Virus record (IMG/VR): IMGVR_UViG_3300044797_000098
Span: 124,001-188,000 of that record
Direction: 5' to 3' (one strand)
DNA length: 64,000 nt
The position numbers and the translations under genes are program-made. Positions 61,286 to 64,000 of the stretch are shown here, piece by piece (the stretch's first letter is position 1; each line of letters opens with the position of its first letter). The notes beneath the pieces are model-generated. The model was not told where the DNA came from, did no database searches, and saw only the letters and a program-made list of their open reading frames with translations.

Positions 61286-61951
61286 TTATGGCGCCTTAAT
61301 TACATAAGTAGCTTCAATAATACTCCTATTATATTGTGGTGTAAAACTTATGAATGTAATTGTATCATATCCAGTTCCAACACCACCGGATTCAGATATT
61401 AAATAATCAATCCCGTATTTCATGCCATGACCATTATGTGAAACATAAATATGAAACTCATTATTATTATAAATACCATCAATGAACTTATCAGAATTAG
61501 GAGTTGTAAAAACTCTATTGGTACCATTTATTGCACCAACTAATGCTTGGCGCTGTCTAAATAGGTAAGTAATATATCCGTCACCCCCGCCACCACCAGC
61601 ATTTATGGCGTCCACTACTTCCTGTGTTAATTCTGGAAAATCTACACTAAGACCATTTACTATTCCAGCTGATTGAAGAAATGCCTTTTGCGTTGCATTA
61701 AATTGCAATAGATCAATATCACTACATAAAACAATTATATCACGACATAATATTTTATGTTTTATTTCTCCTTTTAATAGCGATGCTCTAATATCATCTT
61801 CCGCTACACCAGGGATCTTAAGCAGATCTCGAGTACGACCATGATGTATTGGATAGTGGAATATATGAATTAATTTTTTAGGATGAGTGATATTCTGCAC
61901 TACGAAGCAGTTTGGATTTCTAGACCCTGGCGCAAAACTATCCATTCCCAT
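61286..61951 (-). CDS. Virion structural protein (221 aa)
   Basis: C-terminal GAINGTNRVFT...VSHNG...GIDY...TITF module typical of phage structural proteins. Confidence 0.6.
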   Translation of the reverse strand: MGMDSFAPGSRNPNCFVVQNITHPKKLIHIFHYPIHHGRTRDLLKIPGVAEDDIRASLLKGEIKHKILCRDIIVLCSDIDLLQFNATQKAFLQSAGIVNGLSVDFPELTQEVVDAINAGGGGGDGYITYLFRQRQALVGAINGTNRVFTTPNSDKFIDGIYNNNEFHIYVSHNGHGMKYGIDYLISESGGVGTGYDTITFISFTPQYNRSIIEATYVIKAP

Positions 61952-61960
61952 TGCATTATC

Positions 61961-62692
61961 CTATGCTACATTTATAGTAATATTAACTGGACGATCACTG
62001 TTTTTACCACGTATAGAATTAGAATTATTACTAATTATTTCTGGCTCTTCTTGTTGTCCAGTAACTATATCATTAGATTGTTGCATTGTTTCTTTTTTAA
62101 TAGATTCAATAATTGGTTGTTTAGCAGTTTCTTTCTTGATTTCACCAGGTGGTTTATATTGAGCATATATTTGCTTGTGCAATAATTTCTCATCTCTATT
62201 GAGAATAATACCTTTTAATTCATTTTCACTTAATTTATTTATATCGTCTTTATTTATTCTATAACGAAGATACAACATTTCATTTAAATAATCCATTTGA
62301 GGTTGAAAAAAATCCATATCCTTTTGCTCAACACGAAGCGTTCTATCTAATGCAGAACTTAATATTCTACAATAACTTGTATGCCAGTCTGGATCTCCGA
62401 GAAAATCTTCTTTGATGGAATCAACTGCTGTTTTTAATTTGAAAAAAGTTTTTATTTGTTCACCAGCATCTTTTGTGATGAACGGTGTGCTTCGCTGATA
62501 GTATTGTAGATTTTGACGAGGATTATAGTCCGTTTCTTGATTTATTCTACGCGTATCGAATGCAACTTTTGTTAATGGTTGCGATAGATTTTTTAGAGAA
62601 TTAACTCGTAATTCCTGTCCATCAACACGATCTTCAATCGAAGAATGCACCTGTTTTACATTATTTAGAATTAACTTAAATATGTTGTTCAT
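61961..62692 (-). CDS. Hypothetical protein (243 aa)
   Basis: Long ORF preceded by YAATAA-N4-RYAT motif; no recognised domain. Confidence 0.6.
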   Translation of the reverse strand: MNNIFKLILNNVKQVHSSIEDRVDGQELRVNSLKNLSQPLTKVAFDTRRINQETDYNPRQNLQYYQRSTPFITKDAGEQIKTFFKLKTAVDSIKEDFLGDPDWHTSYCRILSSALDRTLRVEQKDMDFFQPQMDYLNEMLYLRYRINKDDINKLSENELKGIILNRDEKLLHKQIYAQYKPPGEIKKETAKQPIIESIKKETMQQSNDIVTGQQEEPEIISNNSNSIRGKNSDRPVNITINVA

Positions 62693-62722
62693 TATATGTA
62701 TATGTGAGATTATTGGCGGTGG

Positions 62723-63778
62723 TTAGAATTTTAGTGATGAAGTTTTAGGTAAATTAGATTTACGATACCCTTGTGTTCCCGCCTGTGTTTTTTCGTCTAT
62801 AATACGCATCTTTTCACTGAAACGAAGATATGCATCATATTTACGTTGGAGATATATTGTGGCACCTGAATATACCCAATGTAAAAATAACCATTGATTT
62901 CGATTACCGGAATAATATAGTTCGTAGGTATTTTTGTCATTTGACTTATCTACTTTGTATATGCTACAATCTATATTAGCAATTGTTTTCATACCCTCTA
63001 AAAATTGAAGCGTTGATACTATTTTACAACCAGATACCATCTCTGTTTCTCTATTTATTGTACCGTCGCCATCAAAATACCCACGAATAAAATGACGATG
63101 TAAATTTTCTGGCATCCATTTAGGATATTCCAATATGAATGTTTTGCGTGATACACACCCCAATTTTTGCATTTGTTGACATATATGCTTACTGTTTATA
63201 CTTAATGTTGCCTCTATTCCTTTCCCTTCGTGCTCTCTATTCGATAGTCTTACTTGTGATTTTGCATCATTTTCGTCTTTATAGATAAGTTTGGAAAACA
63301 CGTGAAGTATTTCTTCATCTATGACATCTAATGATATTACTGTTGACCAATGGTGTGCCATCTGATTACAGCCGTCAGCATATAGGAAGCCAAGAAAATA
63401 CGCCTTCTCTTCAGTATCTATATTGTCGAAAAAATCCTCGTTGATTGGATATTTTCGGTGTGCTTCTTCGGCACTACGTGTTGGAACGTTATACTCTTCC
63501 ATATACATTAGAACGGCAGCAGCACTCAATCCATCTGGCTTACCAGCAGCTTCCAATGAAAGCCCTGTTTTATATCTTTCAATACACCTTTCTTTCATTT
63601 CCTTTGATGTGATTTTACGTGGTCGAATTGGAACGTTATGCTTCTTCAACATTTGAAGAATCGAATTGTCGCTAACCTGATGAATTTTAGCGAGTTTTGT
63701 CGTTGACCATTCTAATGTAGAATATTCGTGAATGATTTGGTTTTCTTTACCTGCCAGCTTGCCCTGATTTTTAGCCAT
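62723..63778 (-). CDS. Free-standing LAGLIDADG endonuclease with two N-terminal HTH-like repeats
   Basis: NEDFFDNIDTEEKAYFLGFLYADGC; HFIRGYFDGDGT; LQRK. Confidence 0.9.
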   Translation of the reverse strand: MAKNQGKLAGKENQIIHEYSTLEWSTTKLAKIHQVSDNSILQMLKKHNVPIRPRKITSKEMKERCIERYKTGLSLEAAGKPDGLSAAAVLMYMEEYNVPTRSAEEAHRKYPINEDFFDNIDTEEKAYFLGFLYADGCNQMAHHWSTVISLDVIDEEILHVFSKLIYKDENDAKSQVRLSNREHEGKGIEATLSINSKHICQQMQKLGCVSRKTFILEYPKWMPENLHRHFIRGYFDGDGTINRETEMVSGCKIVSTLQFLEGMKTIANIDCSIYKVDKSNDKNTYELYYSGNRNQWLFLHWVYSGATIYLQRKYDAYLRFSEKMRIIDEKTQAGTQGYRKSNLPKTSSLKF

Positions 63779-63800
63779 AGTGATCTCCGTTTCTCCTTAC

Positions 63801-63828
63801 AATATAGCCACTTGTGTGGGTTTGTCAA
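63801..63828 (-). promoter_or_regulatory. Sigma70-like promoter TTGACA-N16-TATATT
   Basis: Consensus -35 upstream of the LAGLIDADG gene, followed by AAGGAG and GGAG. Confidence 0.65.
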
Positions 63829-63873
63829 GCCCGTGTGGCAAGTAAATGACGTAATAGGCGTAGATCAACGAAC

Positions 63874-63911
63874 AAAAAGAAACGGCGTCGAGGTTTTATT
63901 TCGACGCCGTT
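63874..63911 (-). terminator. Intrinsic terminator after probable major capsid gene
   Basis: AACGGCGTCGA-AATAAAACC-TCGACGCCGTT-TCTTTTT: 11-bp GC-rich stem plus U tract. Confidence 0.85.
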
Positions 63912-63943
63912 AAGCTAACTGCTTGATTTATTGAAGGAAACTA

Positions 63944-64000
63944 TTAGGCTCCGACGATTACTGATTTATTACCTTTTGCAACGCCACGTGGATTCACTAT
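63944..64000 (-). CDS. 3' end of probable major capsid protein (partial)
   Basis: ...IVNPRGVAKGNKSVIVGA-TAA-TAG resembles the final strand of HK97-fold capsid proteins; double stop and strong terminator suggest high expression; only 18 codons visible. Confidence 0.55.
   Translation of the reverse strand: MVNPRGVAKGNKSVIVGA

Noticed and set aside
3190-61582. DGY enrichment as a DNA-level motif (methylation, recombination or packaging site)
   Set aside because: Synonymous codons vary freely at all three positions across the sites examined
32527-63778. Group I introns or inteins hosting the endonucleases
   Set aside because: Each endonuclease has its own start and stop, flanks are too short for an intron core, neighbours look complete, and no intein splice motifs are seen
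607-63913. Numerous short plus-strand and nested ORFs in the track (e.g. 7201..7680, 9513..10013, 28125..28763, 54582..54935)
   Set aside because: Antisense or out-of-frame shadows of long real genes, often of repetitive sequence; no SD or recognisable motif
1-64000. Alternative genetic code (TAG/TGA reassignment)
   Set aside because: Genes are long and tightly packed under the standard code, and TAA, TAG and TGA all end genes at sensible boundaries
1-64000. tRNA, rRNA or other known structured ncRNA
   Set aside because: Intergenic gaps are short (at most ~165 bp) and no cloverleaf or known RNA motif was recognised by eye; a covariance-model scan was not run

Overview
AT-rich, gene-dense window from a large (jumbo-type) tailed phage with a contractile tail, read with the standard bacterial code; almost all genes are on the minus strand. 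Reading in transcription order from the right edge: the 3' end of a probable major capsid protein; an ~18 kb block of head-decoration, fibre and Gly/Thr/Ser-rich proteins that also holds two tandem patatin phospholipases; cold-shock and J-domain genes; neck/head-tail proteins and an HEXXH peptidase; tailspike/beta-helix proteins and a holin-like gene; then a myovirus tail module (sheath, tube, chaperone pair with a -1 frameshift site, tape measure, tube initiator, hub, spike, gp25-like, very long baseplate-J, partial baseplate protein). Six free-standing endonuclease genes (2 GIY-YIG, 3 LAGLIDADG, 1 Zn-ribbon/Vsr-like) are interspersed. The most striking unexplained signal is the tripeptide Asp-Gly-Tyr (DGY). 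It occurs 33 times by manual count in 19 mostly unrelated proteins, largely predicted outer-virion ones, with fully varied codons. It is absent from the tube, tape measure, hub, spike, chaperones and endonucleases, so it is a candidate virion-wide modification or docking tag. Recurrent intergenic promoter-like motifs, an RBS-sequestering hairpin and an identical 222-bp intragenic repeat are also visible. No tRNA, rRNA or CRISPR array was seen. Product calls come from motif recognition and gene order only; no database search was run.
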